Source of the DNA: Felis catus
Taxonomy: Eukaryota
Length of the DNA stretch: 64,000 nucleotides
Reading direction: 5' to 3'
NCBI RefSeq assembly: GCF_018350175.1
Contig: NC_058369.1
Coordinates: 22,694,001 to 22,758,000 of the forward strand
The notes under the pieces were generated by a model. The model was not told where the DNA came from. It ran no database searches and saw only the letters and a program-made list of their open reading frames with translations. Both the position numbers and the translations under genes were made by a program. The first letter of the stretch is position 1. Each line of letters starts with the position of its first letter. Below are positions 1 through 12,357 of this stretch, piece after piece.

Positions 1-207
1 GAGAGCAAGAAGAGGCAAGAAGAGAGGAGCCAGAGTCCTTTTATGGTCTAATTCTGGAAGTGGCGTCACATTACTTTTGTCATACCTTGTTCAGTAGAAG
101 GAAGTCACCAAGTCCAACCACGTTCTTTGGAGGGGGGTTCTGCAAAGGCACCAACACCAGAAAGCAGGATGGGACCGTGGGGGCCACCCTGGGAGCTGCC
201 TGCTGCA
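1..207 (-). mobile_element. MLT1 (ERVL-MaLR) LTR fragment
   Basis: Typical antisense MLT1 motifs: gaagtggcgtcacattacttttgtcat...agaaggaagtcaccaagtcca...gggggccaccctgggagctgcctgctgca. Confidence 0.7.
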
Positions 208-475
208 GACAGGGTTAGTTATGAGCAGCTGTCTCTCCCACACTGGACTTTCTGGCATCTTGGGCAGAGCCCTGCCTGATCTCGTTCGTATCTCTACCCA
301 TCACAGTTGAGTCAGATAATGCATCTTGCCCCTGAGGTAGGCTCTCAGAATCCTGCCCCTTTGGGCTCTCAGAGCATGTGCTTGCCTCTTAGTGGCCTCT
401 GCCCCATCTACCGCTGTGCCTTGCAGGGAAATGCTTCTAAGGTTTGCAGGTCTCAGCTCATGTACCCCTCTCCCA

Positions 476-925
476 GGTGGGTGGTTCTAACTTCTGTCAT
501 GCCATCAACCACTTGGACAGTCTGACACTCTTTCTTGGAAAAATACATTTTCAAGTTCATGAAGTAAACTGAACAGGATATATGAAAGCCCAATTATAAT
601 GAAATACAGTTACCAAAATAGAATCCCCTGGATATATGGTATAGTGATTTATGGGCTTATTTATGAACATCTCAAATAGCAAGATCCAGTAGTGGGTTTA
701 ATTTCAAAATAGTGATGACAGTAAGTGCAGTTTTGAGATACCAGCGGCAACTAAGATTTGGTAGGAAACTGTCTGATTTCTGTTGGTGAGAAAGTCTCAG
801 GTTCTTCTCATGTGACTTGTTTACATTCAAAATTCAAGGGGATGGTAAATTTCACTGAGACATTAGTTAAAATCATGATACGATTGTTTTTTGGACATCC
901 TGAACCCCTGATTAAGAACCCCCAC
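476..925 (+). mobile_element. hAT-Charlie DNA transposon fossil (MER119/Charlie7-like)
   Basis: Ends ggttctaac... and ...attaagaacccc. Internal gaaatacagttaccaaaata, aaatagcaagatccagtagtg and tgatttctgttggtgagaaagtc match the remembered consensus. Confidence 0.65.
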
Positions 926-2659
926 CTGGAGGAATGGGTTTGCTGCCTCCATGGACGTCCCACTCTTCCCCATGGCTCCACCCCTGTCGCCCCCCAGATT
1001 AAGGGGAACTCGTTTGACCTGTTGCCACAGAGTGGCGTGGCCAGCCAGGTTTCCACTGGGAACATGAGGCTGGCGTGAAGAGAAGGGGAAGGGCAGTTTG
1101 ATCAGAAAATGCAAGCTCTGCTGCAGGGAAAGCGGAGACTGGGTGAGCTGGAGCAGAGCTGCCTGCTGGGCTCCTGTGTGACACAGTGTGGGGGCGGGGG
1201 AATGGGATGGGGAAAGTATGGCCCTACCTATTTCTGTGAGATTGAGGTAAAGATTCAAATTGTGTTTTCTGGTTGCCCGACCATTGCACCTGCAAGCTTG
1301 TCTCCAGGCTAGAGCTAGACCGTGAGGTGGCATTCTTGGATTGGGTTGCTCATGCACGACCCTGTCCTGCGATTATTTATGGAGACCAGGGTTGCCGCAC
1401 CACGTCCCGAGGGCCAAAGCTGGCCTGCCGCCTGTTCCTGTACAGCTCCAGTTTTCAAAGGTGGGGCATAATTCTTTCCCAAATACCATATTGCCTGGGC
1501 GCTGCTCCCTGGCTTGCAGGTGGCGCTTGCAGAGAGAGACCCAGTGGGGAACTCCCTGTGTCGCCCTGGCCTTCTGATCGTGCCCCTGCACTAAGCCATC
1601 CTAGGGACTGGGCCACCGCTGTTTAAAAAAAGTTCTGCACTTTTGTTACCTCTTTAAAACACGCTAGTATCGACAGCCCAGCGACAAAGCTGACAGAATC
1701 AAATTAGCATTCTTTAATGTACACGGATTCTGTGAAGATATCTAATTCACTGCTATAAATGGACTTGTTTCCTCATTCCCCAAAGCTTCGCCCCTCCCCT
1801 GTGAGGCTCCAGCGATGAAGAGATTGGCTGTGTCACTTTGATGACTCATTTAATTTCTAGTTACACGAGTGGAATGCACAAGTCCAAGGCAAGGGTGAGG
1901 TGCGAATTCTGACTAAGGAATTGAAACATCGCAAGTGATTTCGGTGGCACCTCTCCGCCCTGGCTGCAGGCAGGTAGTCGTGACTTCCGCTGTGTGCGCA
2001 CGAGGGTGAACCGAACAGGATGACCCTGCTATTCTGCATACCCAAGTAGAGCTAAGTAATTTCCCCAGGGACAGCGGATTTATGAAATATTGGAATCCTG
2101 ACAAGCTCTGTTGCTCTCTGGCTCTCTGGTAATGTGCCCTGCCCAGAGACGACCTTGACTATGTTGAGACTGCACTTGGCTTGCACCTTGCAGGTGCGGC
2201 TTTTACAGAGAGGCCTTGTCTGCTTATTGCAGGAGGAGGTTTGATTTTCTAGAACTTTTCTGCTCCATCCTGCTATCTGCACTATGTCATGTGAGCACCA
2301 CTACACCCGGAGGTGTGAGCAGAACTCTGGGCTACTCCTAACGATTGAAACTCTTTTTTGAGCCATAGAGTCTTGGGCATGGAGCTCTCTCTGCCTTCTG
2401 ACTGAGGACTGGGGACCCCGGCGGGGGAGCTTGTGTTTTGTGTAACACAAGTACTCAAGGTGGTAGGAGGTGTGATCAGGGTATGACCCAAGTGTTCTGT
2501 TTTGGTGAAGCCTGAAGTGGAGTCTCCCTAAGTTACATTGTATGCCCTGAGTTTTCAGTAGTAGAGGCAATCCGAGGTTGGCTCCACTTAAAGAGCGTTT
2601 TGACGGTGGTTTGTTTAATACGACAAGTAGGCCTAAAGGGAAACCAGCAAGGATGATTT

Positions 2660-2915
2660 GTTTGTTCATTTAACACGTATTTCTTGCACACCAGTGCCTC
2701 TTGGAACTCAGGCGTGGTGCTGGTGTGCAGTGGGGAGAAACACACAAATAATTCTTGTTTGCGAAAGTTCTAATCTAGTGGAGGGGACAAAAGTAAATGG
2801 GTAAATATGAAGTGTGAGGTCCTTTGAAGTCCATGAACAGCTGTACTGAGAGAAAGAAGAGGGGGTAATCAGGGCAGGCCTCTGAGAGGAGGTGACATGG
2901 AGGGCGAGAGGTGAC
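2660..2915 (-). mobile_element. L2 3' fragment
   Basis: gttcatttaacacgtatttc...ctaatctagtggagggga...ggcctctgagaggaggtgacat. Confidence 0.6.
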
Positions 2916-4349
2916 TGACATGTGGACCAGGCCTGCCTCAGTGCTTCTCACTGACAGTTTCCCCCTGAGCTCAGCGAGAATGGCCTCCCAGCCTGCTTTC
3001 CCTCGGGTGCCCCTCAGTCTCTTGCCTTTTTTGTTTGCCTTTGCACTGCTGAGCCCTCTGCATGATCCTCTGACGCCTTCTCTTTCTTGCCCGAGTGTGG
3101 CTCATCCTTTGGGCCAAAGCATAGGCAACGCTTCCTCTGGACAGTCCTTTGTGATTCTCGAGTGTGGAAGGGGTACCACTCCTGGAAATGGCATGCGTAT
3201 TTCAAGCTTCTCTTTTCATGGTGTTGAGCATGCTGCTGTCTTGCTTTCCTCCGTTGTGAGGCTATAACCTCCCAGAGGGCACGGACCATGACCGTCTCCT
3301 TCATCCCTCCCTCTCTGGCCTCCACGCTCGTCACCAGCACACTCAGGCACGTGTGAGAGGGTGCTGGCTGAGGCTGGGCCGGTCTTGGAGCTGAGGGCAG
3401 GAAGGCAGCACACAGGGCATAGTGGGAGGTCTGAAAGCACATGCAGATAGTTCACCAGGTCTCAATCAGGTATGGGAAGAACAGTGTAGACTCAAACAGA
3501 GTTAAGAGCCGTGCCCCCTCTTCCTGGCTTTGAGCTAACGGGAATGTTTCGTGATTTCTGAAACAGGAAGGCATCACTATTTTTGCATAGATTCTTAATA
3601 TATTTTGTGACCCCTAATCTCTTCCATGGTTCATCCAAGTAGCCAAAAAGCATGTGGCTACTTAACTGTGTTTGAAAGACCAGGTGGCTGAAGTGTGGGG
3701 AGTTCTGGTAAACCTACTCCTGTTCCTCCCTGCGTCATGATGGACCATGAGGCGAGGGAATGGCTAGGCTCTGAGAAGAGGAGGTGGACCCCAGACCCCA
3801 GAGCTCACTCAAACATCGCAGCTCTATAATGAGGTAATTCTTCACTCCTTAAACTACTGAGCACACATTGTCACGTGCAGCCTCACACTCCTCCGAGAAC
3901 CCATGGAACGTCCAGATGGTGTGGTTATATTTTATTGGTGTCTTCCGTTCTCTGCAGATTCTGCTGGGAAGAGATGAGTTTGTTGTATAGAATTAAGCCT
4001 CAAATAAGGAGCTTAAACACTGTGTTAGTGCAACATGTTAGGAGGTGAGGCCTGTCTGGATCAATAGAATTTCCTGGCAGTTAGGAATAGATATTTGCCT
4101 CTGGAGGCTGTGCATTCCCAGTGGGTCTTATGTGGCCATAAGATGGGGGGTTTCTACCGTGTTGTCCAGACCCAACACTGCTCACTGAATTGCACAGGGT
4201 GGAGGCCTGCTTCCATGTGTTAAGGAAAACCATTCATTGCTCTCTCTGTCTCTCTCTCAACATTTATGATATTAAACAGAAAGTGTTTATTCCTTAGGTG
4301 GTCTCAGCAAATCGAAGTTTGACTAACAGTGGTGACAACAAACGTATTC

Positions 4350-4603
4350 ATTGACATAGAAAACTCTTCATCACATGATATGTAGAAATACTTCATAAAG
4401 TGGCATAGATGGTATAGTTCCAGTCAGTTAAAATATATGTTCAACATAGAGGAAAAAAATGGAAGACACACAACCAAAATATTAGTTTTTATTTTTTTGG
4501 TGGTGGAAGGGGGTAGGGTTGGTGGCATTATCACATGATTTCCTATTTTGGTTATCTGTGATTTTTTTTCAATGAACATTTACTAAAGTTTTTAATTAAC
4601 AAA
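4350..4603 (+). mobile_element. Old L1 (L1ME-like) 3' UTR fragment
   Basis: aaaatggaagacacacaaccaaaatattag...aatgaacatttactaaagtttttaat. Confidence 0.5.
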
Positions 4604-6234
4604 GATATGGAGAATTAAACTTTGAAACCGAGCAAACATAAGCCCTTTATGCCGCCTTGTGAGACTGGGTTGACATGCTAATAGCCCTTCTGGATAGTAG
4701 CCATTAGTTAAGTAACAGATCATTAGGTATGAAGAATAGATATGTCACTGTAGAGACAGAGGGGTGCTGTGTGTATGGTTCTGGGGCATGCACACCCTTG
4801 TGGAAAGTGGTCATATGTGCTTGTGGAGCTGAAGAATGGGAGCGTGGGAGATCTCGTGTCAATATCATGTGCCTTTCTAGACCTCTAAAGGGATCTAGGA
4901 AAAGAAGTGACCGTGCCAAGGGGTATACTCTCCTCTCAGTTCTGAAGTCACCAACCTGTGTGCTGGTGTCTGAGGATGCAGCGATCATTTATACCTTCAT
5001 GAGCTACAGTGTAATGAGGGAGAATACACTAGACAGGTAAATATGTAAACATAGCACAAACTGTGATAGGTATTATGAAACAAAACAGGTTGCAAAATGA
5101 GAGATTAAGAGCCATCCCTTTCCCTGGGAATCAGCCCACTAAGATGAGCACAGACTTTCAGTTTTGGCTTCTTTGCAACTGAATGCAGTCATTATTAACT
5201 GAATCACAAACCATATCATGGTAGTTAGCATTGTTTGTGCTTGTAGATTAAAGTCTGTTATCAAATAGGGAGCCATGTATGTGAGAAATAGGTCTTTATT
5301 TCTGAAGGCAAGTTTACTTTGCGTTGAAGCAGTTGTGTGCTGAAGGATGTGACTTTACGTGACACTGATGTAATTTTTACCTTAAAAAAAAAAAAAAGAA
5401 AAGGATTGATTTATGCTTTGAGCAAGCAGGACTTAGAAATGTGATTATAATTGTAGGATGCAAATTGCAGACTTTCAGCGAGAAGAAATCTTGTCCAAAG
5501 AGAGTTAATAGGAAAGGTGGAGTCAAGTAGTGGAAAAGATGCCAGTCCAGCTGTCCCAGGTTCTTGGTTTTCATCCAGTTAGGAATACCATCTGTCAACT
5601 GTTCTGGAGTAAATCCTTCCTGTCTCTGGGGTCAGAATCCTTCCTCTGAATAGTTAGAGGTAGGCTTTAAGGTAGCCCATGGTGTTAGGTGGTATTTATG
5701 GTCACAGAATATAATGTGAAGATTGGATTTCTGGGTTATTTTATCCGAAACATTAAACATGAGAACGAGATTCTTAATGGGTAAGTGTCTTGAGTTTAGA
5801 TACTTATTAACTGTAAGGGCAGGTAAATTCTTTAAGGGAGTGTTCCTGGCAAGGGAAGGAAATTGCTTTAGTGGCTTATTATATGGACCCGGCTTTCATT
5901 GTCCAGAGTGATGTTTTGAAGATAGGATTTAATCAGTGTTCTCAGAAAGCAAGTGTTGTGTGTGTGCATAGTTCCATGAGTTGGGATAATCACTGGTGAA
6001 TCATGTTTCCTTCGTATCTTGTGGTAGTTGATAATGGCAGTGTTCTTGATCTTCCAACCAGAGGGGTTTCTGTGTATAGATATATCTGCAGGGAGAGAGA
6101 CTACTGATTTCCTCACTCCAGCTCTGAGATGTGAATGTACATAGATAGCTGCTATATGAAAACTTGTCTTCTTGTTTCCTTTTAAATTCTTAAAAGCTTA
6201 ATTAAATTTTGTACCAATGTTAATTTTTTCGCTT

Positions 6235-6350
6235 TGACAAATAACACAGTTTTGTATAATGTTATATTAGAGGAAGTTGGGTGAGGCTATATGGTGACTC
6301 TACTTCCTTTACAACTTTTCTGTAAATCTAGAATTATTTCAAAATAAATC
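6235..6350 (+). mobile_element. L1MC/MD-like 3' terminus
   Basis: gaggaagttgggtgaggctatatggtgactctac...acaacttttctgtaaatctagaattatttcaaaataaa. Confidence 0.7.
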
Positions 6351-6559
6351 TATTTAAGGAATAGATTTTATTAAAATATCTTTTAATCGTAAGGATGATA
6401 TCTAATATATTCTGAGCAGCACCCATCTCTGTCTTAATGAGCAACTTAAGTGTGAGCATAAGGCGTAAAAAATAAATTTGGTGGGAAGAAAGCTCCTTTG
6501 ACGTTAGAGCATCTTAATGAAAACAGTCATCAGATTGCCTGCCTCAGTAATTTTTCTAA

Positions 6560-6945
6560 AATAGGAATCAGAAGAGGATGTTCATTGTTGTATTGTTTAT
6601 AAGAGTAAAAGATGTTCCCAGATAAGGGATTAGTTAAATAAATAATGGGCTTTCAATATGCTTTGAATGCTATGCAGCAACAACAATGATGGTATTGAAT
6701 ATGTTTGACATTAATAACGTTATTGCTATGTGGAAAAAGTAGGTCACGAAGGAGTATGTGAATACAATATGTAACTACATATAAATGACGATAGAAAACA
6801 TTCTGGCAGGCTGTGTACCAAAATATAAATTGTTGTTTATAACTAGCATGTGGGTTATGAATGATTCTTATTTATATGTTGCTTATGTCCATTTCCTACT
6901 TTACCTGCCATGAACATGTATTAGTTGTTTAATAAAGAAAAAAAT
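6560..6945 (+). mobile_element. L1ME-like 3' fragment
   Basis: ggatgttcattgttgtattgtttataag...tagttaaataaataatgg...catgaacatgtattagttgtttaataaagaaaaaa. Confidence 0.6.
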
Positions 6946-7222
6946 TAATTGTCCCACCATCAGTACATGAATTTAAAAAGCAGTTGTAGGTATGATTAAT
7001 ATCCTTTACCTTAGGCAATAAAACTGACATGCCCATACATAAACACTGTCCAAATTTTGTCCCTTAAATATTACCCTTAAGGTTCCTTTTTCCTGAAACA
7101 TCATCTTTTTTCCTTTGGCTTGTATTCTTATTCCTGAAAGCTCAAACCACTGTTCATCAAAACCTCCTGTCATTTTAGCCAGTGATGTTTTATGTCACTA
7201 AATGATCTGAATCTGTAATCTT

Positions 7223-7303
7223 TTTTTTTAATGTATAGACTTGTCAAATCACTATGTTGTACCCTTGAAACTAATATAACATTGTATGCCAAGAATGCTT
7301 CAA
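7223..7303. mobile_element. Very short carnivore L1 3'-tip insertion with internal inversion
   Basis: L1_Carn-type tip (aatcactatgttgtacccttgaaactaatataacattgtatg) between perfect 15-bp TSDs tgaatctgtaatctt at 7208-7222 and 7304-7318. Confidence 0.8.
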
Positions 7304-7549
7304 TGAATCTGTAATCTTAAAAAAAAAAGAGGTAAACATTGTACATAACAGAATCTGGCTGAAGCAGTTGGTTTTCTGTAACTTTTATTGATAGTGCACC
7401 CTATTTACCTGATACAGCTTGTTGGTGGGTGTCTAACATTTCCTAAAACCTAAATTATGATCTGTCCTTGGAGCAGGGGCTGTTTGGTGGACATGGTTAA
7501 TCCCAAGGGGTATGTTGGACAGATTCATCATAATGTCTGGGGGAAAGAG

Positions 7550-7700
7550 CATTCATTCATTCATTCATTCACTCACTCAACTATTGAGTGAGTTCATGTT
7601 ACGTGCAGGATACTGTGCTAGAAATTGTGGAATGTAACACATTCCAGGAAGGGAAATAAGCATGCAGATAACTAATAGAGTGATTATTGACCAGAAAATA
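7550..7700 (-). mobile_element. L2 3' end
   Basis: (ATTC)n tail followed by tattgagtg...gtgcaggatactgtgctag. Confidence 0.7.
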
Positions 7701-7711
7701 TTTAAAAAATT

Positions 7712-9315
7712 AATACAGAGGCCAGAGAAGCAACCCTCATGTATATGGTCAGTTTACTTTTAATAAGGGTGCCACATCTTTCAATGGGGAAGGAATAGTC
7801 TTTTCAAGAAACTGTGCTGGGATAACTGGATACCCCCATTCGGAAGGATGGAGTTGGAACCTTGCCTCACACCAAATTCAAAAACTGACTCAAAATGGAT
7901 CAAAGACCTAAATGTAAGAGCTAAAACTTTGACAGTCTTAGAAGAAAGCAGAGAGCTAAATACTCATAACCTCAGGTTTGGCAATGGGCTCTTAGAAATG
8001 ACACCAAAAGTATGAGCAACAAAATAAAAAATAGGTAGATTGGACTTCATTGAAATTAAAACCTTTTGTGCTTCCAAGAACATCATCAAGAAAGTGAAAA
8101 GACAACCCATAGAATGAGAGTATGTATTTGCAAATCATGTATCATATAAAGGATTGTATCTAGAATACATAACTCTTACAACTCAGGGTATCTGGGTGGC
8201 TCAGTCAGTTAAGCATCTGACTTTGGCTCAGGTCATGATCTCATTGTTCATGGGTTCGAGCCCCGCATCAGGCTCTGTGCTGATAGTTCAGAGCCTAGAG
8301 CCTGCTTCAGATGCTATGTCTCCCTCTCTCTCTCCTCCTCTCCTGCTCATGCTCTGTCTGTCTCTCAAAAATAAATGTTAAAAAAACAAACCTAAAGAAC
8401 TCTTATAACGCAATAACATAAAGACAAATAACCCAATTAAAAATGGACAAAGGATCTGAATAGACATCTATCCAAAGAAGATATACAAAATTGCCAATAA
8501 ACACATGAAAATGTTACATTAAAAGATGCTTGAAATCATTAGTCATCAGGGAAATGAAAATCAAAGACCCAGCGAGACACAGCTTCACACCCATGAGGAT
8601 GACTGTGACCAAAATATCGGGTAATAAGTGATAGCAAGTTTGTGGAGATATCAGAACCCTCTCACATTGCTGGTAGGAATGGAAAATGGTGCAAATGCTG
8701 TGGGAAACAGCTTGGTGGTTCTTTAAAAAGGTGAGCGTAGAGTTACCACATGACCCATTGACTCCACTCCCTTGGTATGGACCCAAAAGAATTGAAATAA
8801 GGGACTTAAACAGATATTTGTACACCAATGTTTGTAAAAGGATTGTTCACAACAGCCAAAAGGTGGCAATAACACAAATGTTCATCAATGGATGAATGGA
8901 TAAAATCTGGTAAATGCACACAATGGAATATTACTTAGCCATAAAAAGGAATGAAGTTCTGGTACCCACTACAACATGGGTGAACCTTGAAAACATCATA
9001 CTGAGTCAAATAAGCCAGACCTAGAAGGACAAATACTGCATGATTTCACTTGCATGAAGTACCTGGAATAAGCAAAGTCATAGAGACGGAAAATAGAAAA
9101 GAGGTTTGCGGGGGTTGGGGATGGGAGGTGGGAGTGGGGTTTATTGTTTAATGGGTACAGAGTTTCAGTTTGGGATGATAAAAAAGTTCTGGAAATGAAT
9201 AGTGATGATGGTTGCACAGCATTGTGAATGTTCTTAATGCCACTGAATGGTACACTCAAAAATGGCTACAGTGATAAATTTTATGTTGTGTATATTTTAC
9301 TGCATACACAAAAAA
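7712..9315 (+). mobile_element. 5'-truncated L1 (L1MB-like): ORF2 3' part plus 3' UTR, interrupted by a SINE
   Basis: ORF2 remnants (aaaatggatcaaagacctaaatgtaagagctaaaact; WETAWWFFKKVSVELPHDP in the ORF track) and the L1MB-type 3' UTR gggtacagagtttcagtttgggatgat...ttttatgttgtgtatattttac. Confidence 0.9.
8186..8397 (+). mobile_element. Can-SINE (SINEC) inside L1
   Basis: tRNA-like head ctgggtggctcagtcagttaagcatctgact, (CT)n, A tail. TSD aactcttacaactca (8171-8185) / aactcttataacgca (8398-8412). Confidence 0.95.
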
Positions 9316-9734
9316 TAACCTATAAAATGAGAAGAATCTTGAGTTTTCCAAGACAGATTTTTGTCCCAAAGTCTCTCACTTAATATGGTTAACTTATTGG
9401 TAATTACAAGAACTTTTGTTAATTCTATTTTCTAACAAAAAGTGAGCTCCTGATATTATTAATGTGCTAACATTAAATTTTGTAATGCACTAAATGCATT
9501 AGTTTATAACAAATGAGGCTTGGAATAATCCGAATCCATATATAAAATAAATGAATCTCAACCATCACATCTTTTACAAAAATTAAATAAAAATGGATCA
9601 TAGATCTAAGTGTAAAATGTCAAAGTATAAAACTTTTAGAAGAAAATAGAGGAGGAAAACTATGTAGCTGTGGATTAGGCACAAAAGTGTTAGGACACCA
9701 AAGCGTGATCCATTAAAAAAAAAAAAAAAAAGAT

Positions 9735-9947
9735 GGGCTACCTGGGTGGCTCAGTTGGTTAAGCATCCGACTCTTGGTTTTGACTCAGGTCATGATCTCA
9801 TAGTTCATGGGCTCGAGGCCTGTGTTGGGCTCTGCACTGAGAGTGTGGAGGCTGATCGAGATTCTCTCTCTCCCTGTCTCTCTGCTTCTCTCCTGCTCAC
9901 CTATGCGTGCTCTCTCTCTCTCTCTCAAAAATAAATAAGCAAACAAA
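9735..9947 (+). mobile_element. Can-SINE
   Basis: gggctacctgggtggctcagttggttaagcatccgactcttgg...(CT)n aaaataaata. Confidence 0.93.
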
Positions 9948-10144
9948 CAGGTCATGATCAGGTCATGATCTTGTGGTTCGTGAGTTTGAGCCCCACATCA
10001 GACTCAGTGCTGACAGCTCGGAGCCTGTAGCCTTCTTTGGATTCTGTGTCTCCCTCTCTCTGCCCCTCCCCTGCTCACACTGTGTCTCTCCCTCAAAATA
10101 AATAAGCATTAAAAAAATTTTTTTTAAATAAACATTAAAAAAAA
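9948..10144 (+). mobile_element. 5'-truncated Can-SINE in the tail of the preceding SINE
   Basis: Starts at a duplicated caggtcatgat, followed by a normal SINE body and A tail. Confidence 0.9.
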
Positions 10145-10789
10145 GAAATTGGAATTCATCACAATTTAAAACTTTTTCTCTGTGAAAGATACCATTAAAA
10201 AGGTGAAAAGAAAACCATGCATTGGGAGAAAATATTTGCAATTCATGTGTATGACAAAAACTTGTATCTATAATATATAAAGAACTCTCAAAACTCAAGA
10301 ATGAGAACAACAACCCCTGTAAAATTGGGCAAGATTTGAACAGACATTACACCAGAGAATTATATAGGTGACAAATAAGCATATGACAAGGTGCTTGACA
10401 TCATTAGTCATTGGAGAAATGCAAGTTAATAACACAGATATTACCACACACCTATGGGAAGGACTGATATTCTGTCCCCGCTCCCCTGCCCCCCCCCCCC
10501 TCGCCAAAGCCAAAACAACAAACCCTGACAATACAAACGTTGGAGAGGATGCAGAGTAAATGGGACTAACAAACATTTCTGATGGGACTGTGAAATGGTG
10601 CGGTCACTTTAGAAATAGTGTGACAGTTTCTTATAAGTCAGGCATACACCCACCCGATGACCTAGCCATTCTACTCCTAAGCATTTACTCAAGAGAAATG
10701 AAAACTTATGCTCACATAAATACCTGTACCTGAGTGGTCATAGCAGCTTTATTATTATTTATTATTCACAATAGTCCAAACCCTGGATG

Positions 10790-11125
10790 GGTGGCAAGGG
10801 CTGTGATGAGTTGAAAGAGTTGGGGTCCACAAAGGTGCATGGTCACGGTGCGGGATTTATCTAGTTGGGGGCAAGGAATTTTGTGTGGAGGGAGTGGTGC
10901 CCCAAGATAGACTTGACAAGTAGGTGTTGGGGAGTGTGGAGCATGGAGAACATTCCAGTAGTAGTGAACTCTGGGGTTGCCCTCCCCACGTTTGAGGAAT
11001 TCCTAGGCTTTGACAGAAGAGGAAGGTGTTGAGTGTGGCTGGAGTACAAGTGCAAGATGGTGGGATGATGGATGGAGGAGAGGTTGGCAGAGTTCAGGTG
11101 GAGGACACCCCTTGGGCTGTCTCTG
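10790..11125 (-). mobile_element. L2 fragment (probable continuation of 7550-7700)
   Basis: Purine-rich L2 antisense pattern: ggagggagtggtgccccaagatagacttgac...gagaacattccagtag...gtgtggctggagtacaag. Confidence 0.55.
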
Positions 11126-12132
11126 TCTCTGCCCAGCCCTGGAGGAGCATGTGTTCTCAGGTGTGCATTCCAAGGGCCCGAAGGAGGGAGGACTGGGCAC
11201 GGCGAGGCTGGGGGGATGTTGGGAAGGTGCCTGAGGCATTGAGGTAGAGAGGTAGGTGGGTATGAATTGGACTTGGCTTGGTTGGCATGGTTAAAAGTGA
11301 ACATTTTTCAGCAGAATCATGGGGGAAGATCAATCAAGCCTTTTCCAGAAGATTGCTTTGTTGTTTTCCCTTCCCTCCCTTTCTTTCTTGGTGTTTCTCA
11401 GGAAAGTTGCTTTTCTCTTTTCTTGCCCTCAACCCCCATCTCACAGACTCAGGTCTGTTAGAGAGGGAGCCTTACTAACATAAGATGGATGGGTTTGGCC
11501 ATGGGGCATTCTGCATTTCCCAGGATAACATTTGTCTTTATTTTAAATCATCAAAACAGCGTTTAAGGGAGAACAGGGATCTGTGCATGCTTTTATTCAC
11601 CGTGTTTTCCAATTGCTGGCATTATTCTCTAATAACAGGATGTGTACATGATATGATGTAGAGGCCACTGGGCTGCAGAGGAGCCATTAGCTTTCCCTCA
11701 AAAATAAAAAGAGAGGCTGCCGTTTGAATAATGATCCCTGGCTGTTTTCTTTGTACATGGGCCATTTCCTTAATTAGGTTTCAAGCTTCATCTCTCTTGT
11801 TTTTAACTAAAAAGCCAAGTGAGAGAGAGACAAATTGCGTTGTGGGGGAAAGGGACAGGAATGCGTTTCATGCAAAGTAAGGGGAGAAGGAGTAAAACGG
11901 GAGATCAGCGGACACCCCAGTGGTCAGGCTGACTTGGGCAGAGCTGGGCTTGGTTCTGGACCGAATTTAGCATTTTTCGAGGTCGGGGGACGTTTGTGCA
12001 CATGCCAGGGAATACGTCCCCTGCTTCCTATCCAGAGTTGTGATCCAGGTCTCAGAATTTGTTTTTAGGGTCACCTTTTCCTTCACTCTGCCTTGAAAAG
12101 ATCTGACAGCCTGTCTCAAAGATGCACACCTT

Positions 12133-12357
12133 AAGAGTCAGACAGCCTGGATTCAAATCCTGCCTTGCTGGGAACCAGGTCTGTGACCTTGAACAAGCCA
12201 TAGCATTTTGTAGCTCCAGGTAAAATGGGGTGGTAATAGCAGTCACTTCACAGAGTTGTCCTGGGATTAAACTATTGACTTTTTATGTGAAGCATTTAGA
12301 AGGTGCATGGACAGTCTCAGTGAAGCTCAGGGCTGCTGCCACTGCCTAGTTATTACT
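12133..12357 (+). mobile_element. MIR
   Basis: gagtcagacagcctggattcaaatcctg...tgtgaccttgaacaag...gtaaaatggggtggtaatag...gagttgtcctgggattaaa. Confidence 0.85.

Larger units (their letters stand above)
9505..10786 (+). mobile_element. Older L1 (L1MC/MD-like) ORF2 3' fragment interrupted by two SINEs
   Basis: aaaatggatcatagatctaagtgtaaaa...aacttttagaagaaaatagagg, resuming after the SINEs with ttcatcacaatttaaaactttttctctgtgaaagat...tactccta. Confidence 0.85.
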
